A DNA stretch of 64,000 bases from Octopus vulgaris (GCA_951406725.2 OX597822.1:89962001-90026000); one strand, 5' to 3'; positions 1 to 13,175 are shown, numbered from the stretch's first letter. A program made the numbers and translations. Notes: generated by a model from the sequence alone, not told the origin.

Positions 1-1554
1 AACGGTGAAAAGCTAGTCATCTTATCTCCATTTTAAAGAAACAGCTCAATCATTACTGAGTTTCATAAAATTAGTGACATCCTGAATGAACATTACTTCA
101 CATTTAATGTTTGCTTTCCCAGCTAGCATGGATTGGATGGTTTGATGGGATCTGACTGAGTTCCAATGTTATCTTTTACTTGGTTTCTACAGGATGCATT
201 TTCTAACACCAACCACTTAAGGTGTACTGGGTGTTACAAAAGTGTATTGGCACTCGTGATGTTGCTGTGTAACTTAAAAGAGAGAAAAATGTAAAGGAAA
301 ATGTTCCCACTACTAAGAGGGGAGTTTTTGAAAAGGGTAGGTGGAGGTGAATGGCTTTGTCATGTTGATAGACAGAGACAAGCACAGGTGTCTTGTTATA
401 GAGGAAATGCTTAGCTGAAGGCGATAAAAGTAAGGTGGTGATGGGGTGCTAGAGCAAACTCTCAAGGTACAAAAAGGGGACATAAGAGAGGATATGGACA
501 GTGCGTCGTGAGAGGAAGTGAAAGAGCAGATGCTTTCATAAGGGGAGAAACAAATTAAGAAGTGGATGAATGGTTATAGGGTTTAAAGAGTTAATTAGTT
601 GGAATATTTTATAAATGACAAATTTACTGACTTTAAAGCATCTAGTGAGTCCTATTTGGAAAAGGGTGGGTCCTGCCATGATAAACTAGGGTGAAGTTGT
701 TGTTGAAGAGAAATACCAGCATAGAGAGGGGGTAGGGGGGAAATAAAGATAGGAATGGTTCAGGAAGGAGAATAGATCAGAAAGTAGTGGAATGATGTAC
801 AAGATGTAGGAGTGGTGAACAAGGAGCTGAGAGGACATTGAGAATCGCAGCAGATAAGAAAGAAGAATTAAGAATGGAGTATAGAGGAGGGGAGAAAGCA
901 TTGGCTGAAAGGAGAATATTGGTAGATACAGTGTGGGCAGGGATGATAATGAGAAATGGAAGTGGTTCCATGGAGAGAGGGAGGTGAATGGAAGAGAGAG
1001 AATGTAACATGTGCCAATTCTACTCTTAGGTGGTTACTGCAGCTGAATAGTACCATAGATGGGGGTGGGGTGATAATTGTTAGGGGATGAAAATTGGGGG
1101 AAATGCTTGATATGTTAGAGAGAGAAGAGGGTCATAGCCCTGGATATACAAGCATAATAGTGGTTATAAGACATCATTTTTGCTGTGATGGACAGGTCTC
1201 TTGAGTACAGTAAATCCATATACATATATATATATACTCATATATATAATGAATTAAAAGGGATCAAGTATTCAGGTGGGTACTGTTATGAGCACTCGGT
1301 TATTATCCAGATTATGGCTACCCACATCGAACTGTAAGGAGCACCTAGAATTACTTAAGTCAAGCAATTCCAATATATTTCATCCAATGGGTAAATCTTG
1401 GATTTGCTTCACTAGATTATAAATATTTTACCAGGTGTATATCCAAAGCACTTATCAAGTCATTAAAAATGAAGCGTCCGGTTTTGAACTGAAAGTTAAT
1501 TTTACTTTATCTCAACAAAAAGCAATGCAGTTAATCAAGGTATGCGCCTAAATT

Positions 1555-3000
1555 ATCAACAGAATTTTGCCATTTTATTGGTTGTATATTTATGCTGGCA
1601 GTGAAGAATTCTGGAGAGCAAGAGGTGATGAAATCATGAAAGGCTGTTTTTTGCATTTTCTTCAGATTTGAATTTTTTTCCTTGCAAAAAGTTGTCTAAT
1701 GCCTGGAAAACGTGATAGTTGATGCAAAGTCTGGTAGATATAGTGGATGACATGGTACTTCCAAGTTTACTTCCTGTAACTTGAGAAGTGTTCTTTCTGC
1801 AACATGTGGTTGAGCAGTGTCTTGCAAGAGAATTGGCCTGTCTCTATTGACCAATCTCAGTTGTTTAATTCCAAGTTCACTCATCATTTCATCCAGTTGG
1901 TTAATGTATCCATCCACTGTAATTGACTTACCAGGTCTCATGAAGCTGTAGTAGATGACACTAGCGCTGGACCACCAAACACACCATTAGCCTTTTTTGG
2001 ATTGTGTTTTGGCACTTTGTCTCTATCCAGCCACCATGCAAATCACTTGCTGTTGTTGAAAATAATCCATTTCTCATTACATGCAACAATACGATGCAAA
2101 AATGGTTCACTTTTATGCTATGACAGCAAAGAACAGCAAGTTTCGAGACAACATGTCATTTGATGCTCATTCAGTTCGTGTTGTACCCTCTTGTCCAGCT
2201 TCTTTACCTTGCTGATTTGTTTCAGGTGGTCCAATACGGTTAGAATCGAAACACCAAACCTTGCTGCTATCTCCTGCATAGTTTGAGAGGTATCCGCTTC
2301 CACTAAAGTTTCCAGCTCATCTGCACTCATTTGCCTCATCTTCACCAAACACCTCATTAATGTTTTGAGCTGCCTGGGATGTATTGGTTCCATTATGAAA
2401 CTCATTCATAAACAGTACGCAGGTGCAGGAGTGGCTGCATGGTAAGTAGCTTGCTTACCAACCACGTGGTTCCAGGTTCAGTCCCACTGTGTGGCACCTT
2501 GGGCAAGTGTCTTCTACTATAGCCTCGGGCCGACCAAAGCCTTGTGAGTGGATTTGGTAGACGGAAACTGAAAGAAGCCTGTCGTATATGTATATATATG
2601 TGTGTTTGTGTGTCTGTGTTTGTCCCCCCAACATCGTGTGACAACCAATGCTGTTGTGTTCGGCAAAAGAGACTGATAGAATAAGTACTAGGCTTACAAA
2701 GAATAAGTCCCGGGGTCGATTTGCTCGACTAAAGGCGGTGCTCCAACATGGCCGCAGTCAAATGACTGAAACAAGTAAAAGAGTAAAGTACAAATTTTTT
2801 ATCTATCCATGAATTCACAAAAATTGATTTACAAGAGAAAACTCACAATATAATCAGACACCATGAATTGCATTTTGAAAAGTGATGATGTAACTCTTCA
2901 ATGTTGTAAAACAAAGAATTGTCAGGATAAAACATTAGAGTTAACGACTGTCAAACTTGGTGCATAAGAAAATTGGACATTTCATTCTTAATGACCTGAT
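1555..3000 (-). mobile_element. Degenerate mariner (Tc1/mariner) transposon, interrupted by a SINE
   Basis: ORF fragments KKLDKRVQHELNEHQ (WVPHEL-like), ILLQDTAQPHVA and HPLYLPDFAS (YSPDLAP-like). Confidence 0.85.
2421..2788 (+). mobile_element. tRNA-derived SINE, family A
   Basis: Head with A/B-box-like motifs, a ccttgggcaagtgtcttc core and an internal (TA)/(TG) tract. Near-identical copies occur elsewhere in the window. Confidence 0.9.
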
Positions 3001-3215
3001 GCAATGAATCTGTGTATTTTAAAAATTTCTACAGCCAATTATATATAACATATTTGATTTAAATGTGTTTAACTTGTGTTTCTTCTGCATAGACAGCTAG
3101 CAATTGCATTTGCATCCAGTTACTTTCAACTGGTTATTAGTCTATGCAACTTCATTCGAAGTCCCAACACTGATGTGGTCTGAAGTGAATTGAGTCCTCA
3201 TCTTGTTTATTGTTA

Positions 3216-3259
3216 ACACAACATTTCGGCTGATATACCCTCCAGCCTTTATCAGGTGT
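3216..3259 (-). ncRNA. Minimal type-I hammerhead ribozyme motif (decayed)
   Basis: ACAC-CUGAUAA-AGGCUG(gaggguauau)CAGCC-GAAA-UGUU-GUGU. Stem I ACAC/GUGU and stem II GGCUG/CAGCC pair. Confidence 0.7.
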
Positions 3260-3320
3260 CTTGGGGAAATTTCGAACCTGGGTTCTCATTCCTAAGGTAT
3301 TTTCCGATGATGATGATGTT

Positions 3321-3352
<32 letters not shown>

Positions 3353-3366
3353 TGTTGTTGTTGTTG

Positions 3367-3920
3367 GGTGAGAGAGCAGTGCATGCCATCAAAGTGACAC
3401 TGGGGTAAAATTTACAAGGCCCAGTTTATCCATCATGACTACCCGTCTGATAAGGGTACACTAGGCACATGCTTCACAACCATATGTGCGCGACATGGTG
3501 ATCTCATATCAAAATAAACAGTGCATGACCTTGCAGGTGAGGCCCAGTTAGAATTTTCTTGTGGTCAAGTAACCCATCCCGCTCAAAAGGTCCTTGAATA
3601 AGGATTGTTTAAGGATGTAGAATGAAGCACCCATGTTTCCAAAGGTGAATTATCCAAACCTCTAAGAATTCCTTTCAACACAGCTATGATGCTCCTCCAC
3701 TACTTCTGCTCATGATCAGAGATGCGCATATTGTCAGCCAACTAAAGGACATGATCAACTGGTTAAGGTCAAACAACTGACAAGCAGATCTGTGATATTG
3801 AGCAGAATATTTACTGTAGCCCATCTTTTATACCAAGGCAAAATAATGTAAAAGATAACACTTCCAATCAGTTAAGATCAGAATCCATGAGAGCCACTGT
3901 CTGGTACTGCATCAGAGCAT
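3367..3920 (-). mobile_element. Unclassified interspersed repeat embedded in triplet microsatellite
   Basis: Shares about 260 bp with 31840-32100. Both copies abut (ATT)n/(GTT)n tracts. Confidence 0.65.
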
Positions 3921-4020
3921 TATTATTATTATTATTCAGATCACTGCTTGGAATCGAACTCGGAATCTTGGGGTTAGTAGCTCGTGCTTAACCACTACGT
4001 CACTATGCCACTATGCCCAT

Positions 4021-4300
4021 AGGCATATGGCGTAGTGGTTAAGAGTGTGGGCTACCAACCCCAAGATTCCGAGTTCGATTCCAGGCAGTGACCTGAATAA
4101 TAATAATAATGATAATAACAACAAAATCAAAAAATACCTTAGGAATGAGAACCCAGATTCAAAATTTCCCCCAAGACACCTGATGAAGACTGGAGGATAT
4201 ATCAGCCAAAATGTTGTGTTAACAACAAACAAGATGAGGACAAATATCCATCAATTGTAAATAATGTACATAATTCCTCATCTCTTAAATATAGAACTGA
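4021..4300 (+). mobile_element. tRNA-head/hammerhead-tail short element, plus copy
   Basis: A box TGGCGTAGTGG, B box GAGTTCGATTCC, then (AAT)n, then a tail containing a hammerhead motif. Confidence 0.75.
4176..4219 (+). ncRNA. Minimal type-I hammerhead ribozyme motif (decayed)
   Basis: ACAC-CUGAUGA-AGACUG(gaggauauau)CAGCC-AAAA-UGUU-GUGU. Its core mutations differ from those of the 3216 copy. Confidence 0.7.
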
Positions 4301-4999
4301 AACACCATCATGTTGACTGGTTGTTTGATTTTTATCGCTCTCAGTATATGTCCTCAGATTGACACTCAAACATTCTGAAATGTTCATATTGGTGCTTCTG
4401 GCACAAATGCCAAGCAGTGCAGCTTATTGTTTTCAAATTTCTGGCAGAGTGAATTGTGTCATAGTGCAGTTTTTCTCACAGATGGTACCCAGCTGACCCT
4501 ACTATACTGTGTAGTTGACAAAATCAAAAACAAACAATGCGCATGCATGAAATAAAAAATATAGAATGGGAACAACTTACCCATTACACTGTGTGTGTGT
4601 GTGTGTGTGTTTGTATATGAATAAATTTATGTGTGTATATATTTGCAAACATGTGTTTATGTTTTGGTGATTTCCACAGTTATAATGTGTGGCCACTGAT
4701 GTGACTGTAGCTGTTATATCTACTCTAGTAGCCACAATATTTTCTTGGTGTCAGATACAGTGTATCACTTCTATATCAGAATGGTAATATTGTGCTATTG
4801 CTGATAGCTCTGCAGGATACCATCTACCTTGACTGTGACTCAAACTTGACTATAACATGTAACTGGCTCTTAAATTCAACTGAGAACTCTTACAATGATT
4901 CTACAATGACTGACTCATGACTCCCTGTACTGGTTGATGTCGTCTCACTTTGTGGGAGGGGTCTACTATTTCCACTACAACTGTTAACTTTTCTTTTTG

Positions 5000-7900
5000 G
5001 GAAGTAATTTTATTTTACTTTATTCACCTCATCTCCCTTTTTTCTTTTTTTCTTTTTTATACAACTTAACATTTTTTCTTTTTGGCACCTATTCTTAGGA
5101 ACTCTGTGTTCTTTCTTTTTCTTCCACTTGTACGCAGGGGTTCAACCACCTGGAATGTGTCATACAGCCATTCCATAAATGCTTCCAATCAGTTTGGTTC
5201 ATTTTCTATGAATCTCTTCTTTAATTGGTTTCTGTGTCTTTTTTCAATACCTCTTTTGCTTTTTACCACATACATAATTTGTAATTTCACCTTCTTCACA
5301 GTACTGTTTTCTATTTGTATATGACCTCATTCACATCTTATCACCAATTTTGAAAAATTTTGATATGTCCTTCCTGGCACTTTTTATTTCCTCGCCAGGT
5401 AGCAGTTTATCAAAAACTGATTTCACCTTCCTCACGAACATCAGCTCTGCTGGTGAGCTTCCTGCTTGTGTATTGGGGTTTGGTGTCACCCTGTACCCTC
5501 TAAAATATTGTTGTAGAGTGACTTCGTCTGTGATGCCTTTGTTTTGCTTTCTTTAAAGCTCTTTTAAAGGTATCAACAAAATGTTCTGCCTGTCCATTTA
5601 GTCTGGGATAGTAAGGCACTATCATTATATGTTTTACTGTGAACATTTCACTGAATTTTCTAAATTCGCTGGGCACAAATTGTGTCCCATTATCAGACAC
5701 AATCACATTGGGGATGCCATGTCTTGCGAATAATTCATGCAAAAAATTTATTACAGTTGAGGAGGTTGGTCTTTTGCATTTAACAATTTCAGGCCATTTT
5801 GTAAAACTCAACAACTACTAAGCAATAATAACCATTTAACAGACCCGCAAAATCAATGTGTAATCTCAACCATGGGATTTTTACTTCTGGCCAAGGCTCC
5901 CATTTTTTGGTAGGCAATTTTTCTGCCAGAGCACATCCTCTGCAGCCTTTTACCAAGTTTTTAATTTTCTTGTCCATCTTTGGCCAATATACATAACTGC
6001 ACTTTAGCACTTTCATCCTTGAGATCCCTGGATGTATAATGTGTCTCCAGTATCACTACCCTTTGGGCACACATCAGTATGCCATTACATATTGAATATG
6101 TGTTCACATCTTGGTGTTTTGACACACTGAACCTTTTTTGTTTACTTTTGTTGACCACAGTATTTTTTTGTTTCATTTATGAACTTATCTTTTGACGCAT
6201 TCCATTTTATATCCTCCAGGTTTATCAGTAACTCTTGTACAATGTTCCACATTATGTCCTTAATTTCACCTTCAGCACTTAGAGCTGCTATTACTGTATT
6301 CTCAAATGGTTCGCCATTTTGGGGTATTAACCTGGTCAGGCCATCAGCATGTCCTAGCTTATTTGAAGGTAAATATTTCATTGCATAGTCATAGTTTAAT
6401 AGTATGATGTTGTAATCTGTTGTTGTAATCTATTTGCTGTATGTATTGGAATTCCTTTTTTGGATCCATAAATTGTCAGCAACGAGCAATGGTCTGTAAC
6501 CGAAAATGTCTCCCATGTATAAACTTATGGAACTTCTTGATGCCAAATATAATTGCCAATGCCTCTTTTTCAATCTGGCTATAATTTTTTCCCACTAGCA
6601 ATAGTGTCCTTGATGCATGCCTTTCTACTACCATCGTCACATTTGTGAAGAAGTACAGCTCCTACCCCGTACATACTAGCATCTGTGGACAATATTGTTT
6701 CCAACATTGACCGAAGTGTGTTAGAGACATAAACTGGTCGATTTTCTCAATTATAGCTAGACTTGCCAGTCTTTCCAGCTCTTTGTTGACCTGTTCTATC
6801 GCAGTAAACATGTTCCATCTGGGCCTAAAAGCAGGTGTTGCATTTTCTTTTACAGCAATCTTCACTTTTGTTTTAGTGCAATAGCCTAATACTTCCAAAA
6901 AAAAACATTTCGAAATAATTTTTTATTTTTTGTCTCAGTTCTTCGACTGCATTCGAGCCTCTGACCATCCCAACTACATTTCCACAGAGTCCGCCACATT
7001 CCAGGGGAAAAAACTACAAGCTATCAAGTAGTTGATAGCTTCCGTTACCTAGGTGACCAGTTGGTAGTGAGGGTGGATACTCTCAGAGTGTAGCTGCTAG
7101 AATAAGAATAGCCTGGGCAAAGTTCAGAGAGCTCTTACCTCTACTGGTGACAAAGAGCCTCTCACTCAAAGTAAAGGATAGACTGTATGACACATGTGTG
7201 CGAACAGCCATGCAACATGGCAGTGAAACATGGGCTGTGAATGCTGAGGACATGCGTAAGCTTGAAGGAATGAAGCTGGTATGCTCCACTGGATGTGTAA
7301 TGTCATACACTACAGAGTGTAAGTTCCCTGAGAGAAAAGTTGGATGTAAGAAGCATCAGATGTGGTATACAAGAGAGACGACTGCACTGGTATGGTTGTA
7401 TGTTGCATATGGATAAAGACAGCTATGTGAAAAAGTGTCACACCCTAGCAGTAGAGGGAACCTGTGGAAGAGGTAGACACAGGAAGACATGGGATGAGGT
7501 GGTGAAGCACGACCTTTGAACGTTGGGCCTCACAGAGGCAATGATAAGTGACTGAGACCATTGGAGATACGCTGTGCTTGAGAAGATCCAGCAAGCCAAG
7601 TGAGACCATAACTGTGGCCTATGCCAGTGCAGCATAACCAGCCCATTTAAGAGTACCCTTCAATCATTGGGCAATAAACTGCACTTGCAAAGACCTGTTG
7701 AGGCAAGCTAAATCATTGTCATGGCCGATAACAGTACCACCTGATAGGCACTTGTGCCAGCGACACGTAAAAAGCACCATTCAAGTATGGTCTGTGCCAG
7801 AGTCACCTGACTGGTCCTGTACCGGTGGCACATGAAAGGCACAATTCGAGTGTGATTATTGCCAGTGCTGCCCGACTGGCTCCCATGCCAGTGGCACGTA

Positions 7901-8995
7901 AAAAGCACCCACTACACTCTTGGAGTGGTTGGCATTAGGAAGGGCATCCAACTGAAAAAACTTTGCCAGATCGCTTCGGAGCTTGGTGCAGTCTTCTGGC
8001 TTGCCAGCTCTCAGTCAAACCGTCCAACCCATGCTAGCTTGGAAAGTGGACGTTAAACGACGACAGTGATGATGATGATGAACACTTATGGGGGTATCTC
8101 ACATTTTAAATAACTCTATACATTCTGTGCCAAATAAGTTTAGTGATTTTTTCAACTCATAAATATTTGCCCTTTTTGTTTTATCTCAAAAAGCTACATC
8201 GCAAACACATTAACCAATAAAATATAATTTCCTTCCAATAATACCATATTCTACTTTATTTGATCTAAATAATTTCGTTTTACCGATTTGTTTCCATGTT
8301 TTTTTTTCATTTATGATAGTGATATCATTACTTGTGTCTAATTGCATTTTGACAATTTTGGTTTCGATTTTCACTGATGAATTTTCTGTTCGTTGTACTA
8401 ACTCTTTTTTTCTAATGACAAACTATTTATTTTTTCTCATTTGTTCCAAATTTTCGTCATCTTCTGCAGTGCAATTTATAACTAGGATTATATCCTGGTT
8501 CATTTTCAGCTTTGCAAGAATTTTTGTTCTGACATCTGCGTCCTTTTTAGCAGTAAGTCCCTGTGCAAAAATCAGGAATTTGAAGGAATCTGGATTTAGT
8601 TGATCCAGCTTAAACCTTTTGTATTCCCTGTTCACTCTACCTGCATACGTAGTAAAGTTTACGTCGTCACTTTTCTCAAATGTTCAAACACTTCCGTGTG
8701 TTGAATGAGGTTTATTCACTGAACATATTATATAAACTCTCAATTGTGTCCGTAAAATTTATGTCAGAAGATTTTTTATGCATTATAAAGTTACTGTATT
8801 TTTCATGCTCTGTTGTCAGTTTCCTCAAAATTAGATGCGTTTTCATTTTGTCAGTCCAGTCTTAACATTATTTTTCAAAAATTTGTTCAAATCTTCGGTA
8901 ATATGCCTTGAAGGTGACTTCTTCCAGGTGATATTTCAATTCCTTTATTGAATTCGCTATGTGGTCTAGCAAAAACGTATTTCCAAGAAAATCTA
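5000..8995 (-). mobile_element. Degenerate Ty3/Gypsy LTR retrotransposon (gag-like, RT/RNase H and integrase fragments), split by an RTE insertion
   Basis: Integrase RLHIDFAG, LFARHGIPNVIVSDNGTQF and YYPRLNGQAE; zinc-finger part YVYWPKMD...GCRGC; GHADGLTRL; gag-like FKFLIFAQGL...RTKILAKL. Confidence 0.9.
6990..8080 (+). mobile_element. 5'-truncated RTE-clade LINE inserted in the Gypsy relic
   Basis: SLKVKDRLYDTCVRTAMQHGSETWAV, followed by the 3' UTR repeats and a (GAT)n tail. Confidence 0.9.
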
Positions 8996-11491
8996 AGCTA
9001 AGAGCACTAGACTCCTTGAAAGAAAGCAAACGAATGTATACGAAAACAAGGACGAAAAAAACAGAGAAATGGTACACAATTACAAATACAAACAACAGGA
9101 CATTAACAATAGGTGTCTTTCGACTAAGGACGAATTAAATTAAACTGGCATGTGTGGAAGTGAAGCCTTATGGCAGGAACATAAGAGATGAAAATCATGG
9201 GAAGGAATATAAGAGATGCTGCACGGATGGTAGTTGAACCAAGAAAGAAAGGTCAGGCTTGGCAGAACACTGGTCACGTGGAAAGAGAGGAGAGAGGTAG
9301 GGGGCAGAGGGATTGAAGAATTAGGGAGGGACGAGAAAGATAGAAAAAGAAAGGGACAGAGAGAGGGAAAAAAGGAGGGAAAGTGAGAATGAAGGGTAGG
9401 CAAATGTGTGAGAGGGAGAGTGAGAAAAAGAAAAGTGGAAAGAATGAAGAAAGTGTGAAGGGGCTGAAAGAAAGAGTAAAAGAATTGTACAGAATTTAGA
9501 TATATATATGTACTTATATATATATATATGTACTTACATACCGACCACAAGCGTACATACTCCGCTATATGTATATAGAAAAAACGAAAACAAAAAATGG
9601 AACAAGAACATAACAGGCAACAACAAATATACATGAATCAGTTGACAATAATTGTACTTATAGAAAAAGATTTAATTTTAAGAAATTAATATTTACTTTC
9701 TTTAAGATTCACTACAGTAGTTTCTTTGAGATTCACTAAGAGCTACTACCAAGAGTTTTTCTTTCTGTGACTAATGGAAAAATTTCCATAAAATGAGAAT
9801 TTTTTAAAGAAGATCAGTCAGTACATAACCACATCATTTATTTATTTAAATTAATGCCATTGGCTCACTTTTGTTATTAATTATAGTTATTTTTATAGTT
9901 TAATTATGCAAAATATTACTTGACCCAAATTTTTACAATCCATTTTTTATTATGTAAATATAACTTGTATTTAACTGACCAAACTAAGTTTGATAGACTA
10001 AAGTTTTTGTGATAAGGTAGTCTGTAGTTGTTCCTTTACCTCCAAACAAAGATCAGTTATTTCCATCAGAATGTCAATCAATTTTGTAAAATCAATTCTT
10101 AATTTCTTGAAACTATCTCTTCTTTTCTCTGAGACTCACTAAGAATTGCTTTTAGAGTTTTGTATTATTTCTCTAAGAAAGAAAGTCTAAAATAATACCT
10201 TAAAATCTTTTTCATTGTCTTCAGATTTTACAAAAAATAAAAGCTCTATACAAACAATATTATCAAAAATATAAAAATAAATTAAGAAAAGCATAGAAAT
10301 ACTTGTTTTCTTTAATATTAAATTAGATATGACAGAAAACTTGAGAAGGATGTAGGAAGAAAATATTATTTAATAACTCATCACCAAAACTACCTATAAC
10401 CTCTGATCTGCTATTATGCTGTGTTTTTCTTGCAATTATTTCTATTGATCATGTACCTCTGACTGTAGTTATATTTTACAGTTTTACATTAAATTATATT
10501 TTACAGTTTTACAGTCATGATTCTTCCTTTTATTGCATATTTGATCTAATTTCCTACACTCTTTTCAAAACATTTTGCTCAAATCTTCATTTATACAATT
10601 ACATTCATTGGAACTCTCTTCCACTCATTAAATTATATAATTTTACCATATCTAATCCCTATAGGTTTTGTTATGTTCCATTTTATTGAAAAAGTAAAAA
10701 ACTAAAGCAAAGAAGCTTGTATATTTCATAATGGATTTTTTTTGTTGATAAAATATTGAAGTATTTGCACACACTTATCAATAACTATTTCATATCTATT
10801 TCTAATAAGTAGGCTGCTTATGTGTTTCAGTTCATTTTCACTATAATGAAAGGCATTCCAGTCATAACCATTCTGTCATTCAGTGTACTCATTCTTTTGC
10901 CAAAATGGCATGTGAGATTTCAAAGAGATATTTCTAACAGATCAAGAAACTACATTAAAGAACTGTTGTTGGGTTATTATTAGAATATTGTGCTGGTGTT
11001 GACCAATGAAAATATCATTCAAAGATTTTGATTAAGATTTTATTTTAAAAATGAGCATTTTGATGCAGGCAGATTAGCATTAAAAAGGCAGTGATACAGC
11101 TACTATTAGTAAATTTGGTTTTTGTTACCAGATATTTACCAGAATCAGTGTTAACTTAATTTCAATGATTAGAGATAGGTGATGATGTACAGAAAATAAA
11201 GTCCTTCTCATATCCAAATTATATTTGTCTTATTTTATCTGCCAGGAACATTAATTATTTACTATTAAAAGCTGAATAAAATATACATTAAAATAATAAG
11301 TGTCTAATGAAGCAGAACACTCTATTACCATTTAAATTAAACTTGTAATTAAACACTTTAAAGAATAATTTCTAAATTTGAAAAAAATCAATTTAATACA
11401 TTTGTAGTATCAAATACATTTTAAACAGCAGTTGATTATATGCCACCGAGGCTTGCTTCTTGAACATGTCAGGATTGTATGTAACAATATA

Positions 11492-11597
11492 TCAATCCTT
11501 AATTATCGATCCTTCTTCATTGAATTGGCCAGTAGATGTTGACTTGTATTCATCTAAACTGTCCTTTTCACTTGCCTCAGTACCATCGACTTCAGTT
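11492..11597 (-). CDS. L1CAM/neuroglian-like gene, terminal coding exon E
   Basis: Acceptor ttttcatatacag. Translates TEVDGTEASEKDSLDEYKSTSTGQFNEEGSIIKD*, resembling the L1-family tail DSL.DY...GQFNEDGSFIGQY but stopping before FIGQY. Confidence 0.88.
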
Positions 11598-11778
11598 CTG
11601 TATATGAAAAAAAAAATTTTTAAATATAGTAAAAATGAAACATTTTGTCGACACATTATTGAATATGATTAACATTAGATTATAGAAACCAGAATTTATT
11701 ATAGAAATGTCAAATCAAAATAAACCCAAAAGTCAATTCTCAAAACTAAAATCTTTGATATGCTTCATTCCATAACTG

Positions 11779-11866
11779 CCATTTCTGAAGAGTGCAAGAT
11801 TACATAATTGGACTGTTACTTAACATTCTGTTGAACACCTAGTGTGAAACTGATTGGTAAGATTGG
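11779..11866 (+). ncRNA. Decayed hammerhead-like motif with long loop II (pLTR fragment in the last intron of the L1-like gene)
   Basis: ccauuu-CUGAAGA-GUGCAAG...CUAGUGU-GAAA-CUGAUUGG-UA-agauugg. The stems rely on several G-U pairs. Confidence 0.5.
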
Positions 11867-12099
11867 CCATAATGGATATATAATACTGTATACTTCAACT
11901 AATATACCCACTCTACTGACTAATGTACAAGTGCTTTTTTTCCTGATATTGATGATGATGCTGATGAGGATAGAACAATTATGAGTATTAATGTGTGTAT
12001 GTGCGTATGTGTATGATTATATACATGTGATGCATTTATTAACATAAAGTGAGTGTGTAATGGATTCTTAGATGGCTATATATATATATATATATATAA

Positions 12100-12350
12100 A
12101 TCACCCATGCCAGTATCATATAAGAAGCACCCATTCCAGTGCCATGTAATTACACCCATGCCAGTGCCACATAAAAAGCACCCACCACACTCTGTATAGT
12201 GGTTTGCATTAGGAAGGGCATCCAGCTGTAGAGACCAAACCAAATGAGACTGGAATCTGTTGCAACTCCCTTGCATGCTAGTTCTGGTCAAACCGTCCAA
12301 CACATACCAGTATGGAAAATGGATGTTAAAAGATGAATGATGATGATGAT
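12100..12350 (+). mobile_element. Short 3'-end copy of the RTE LINE
   Basis: aggaagggcatccagctgtag...ggatgttaa followed by (GAT)n. Confidence 0.8.
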
Positions 12351-12379
12351 AGAACAATCAAAAATACAAAATATAGAGA

Positions 12380-13175
12380 AAAAACAAGAAAGACAACAAA
12401 AAGTCAAAAGGATGGAAAAAAGAGTGGTTTTAACATTTTGAGCAATGGCTTTTCATCAGAAAAAGTCCAAAAAGGAAAAAAAAATGTTCAGAAGTATATG
12501 TGTCATTACATAGTGGAAAAATAATTGACCTAAAGTGGAGAGGGGTAGAGAAAGTTGTTTTTGAAGGCAGGAGAGTGCATAAATAGCCAGTGTATGTGTG
12601 TCTGTGTGTTTATGTTTATGTGAGTGATGTGTGTGTGTGTGTGTGAGGTAGTGGAGCAGACAGGTTAATAGCAGTAGTTAGATTTGGTGATCAAGAGGCA
12701 AGTTGACGCATGTGTGAGTGCATCAGTGTTGCTGTGTGTGTAAATATGTGTTTGTGTGTGTACATGAGTGCATATGGATGCATGTATGGGTGTGTATGTA
12801 TATTTGTATTTATGTGTTTTTGTATGTATGTGTGTGTATCAATGCAGGTGAAGAGTTTTTGTATATGCTAGGTTATGGAAACGTGTGTGTGTGTGTGCAT
12901 GCGCCAGATAGATATGTAGTATGCAGAGCAGATGTTGAAGAGTGAAGATGTAATGCTGTTCTTGGTGAAGCCTAATGGTAGGGGTTCCATGATGCCAGGC
13001 CAGACTGAAGACAGTAAAGTGTTCAGTGGTGTGGTTGGTAGAGCAAAGATGATTGGCGGTGAGAGTACTTTTATGGAGGCAGATATCTAATAGATGTTTG
13101 GTAAATCTGTCAACTAGATAATGGCCAGACTAACCAACACATAATGAGTCAAAGAGTGCATTTGAGGTAATAGAT
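12380..13175 (-). mobile_element. Degenerate Penelope-like element (GIY-YIG remnant, CA-rich UTR, hammerhead)
   Basis: Minus-strand 12920-13170 reads ..VG*SGHYLVDRFTKHLLDI..RLHQEQHYIFTLQ, homologous to the C-terminus of the 20577-21353 ORF. Confidence 0.75.
12428..12464 (-). ncRNA. Decayed minimal hammerhead motif
   Basis: uuuu-CUGAUGA-AAAGC(cauu)GCUC-AAAA-UGUU-aaaa, at the 3' end of the PLE relic. Confidence 0.55.

Larger units (their letters stand above)
3195..4018 (-). mobile_element. tRNA-head/hammerhead-tail short element, minus copy (interrupted by an insertion at about 3367-3920)
   Basis: Reverse complement of 4021-4240: tRNA-like head at 3936-4010, triplet microsatellite, tail at 3195-3306. 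Confidence 0.75.

Noticed and set aside
4021-4095. tRNA gene (also 3936-4010 and 39360-39435)
   Set aside because: No proper acceptor stem or terminator, and they run directly into repeat bodies, so they are SINE heads.
10205-10230. CTGAAGA..GAAA near-matches here and at about 55114, and CTGATGA at about 28103
   Set aside because: No stem II or stem III and no cleavage triplet; expected by chance in AT-rich DNA.
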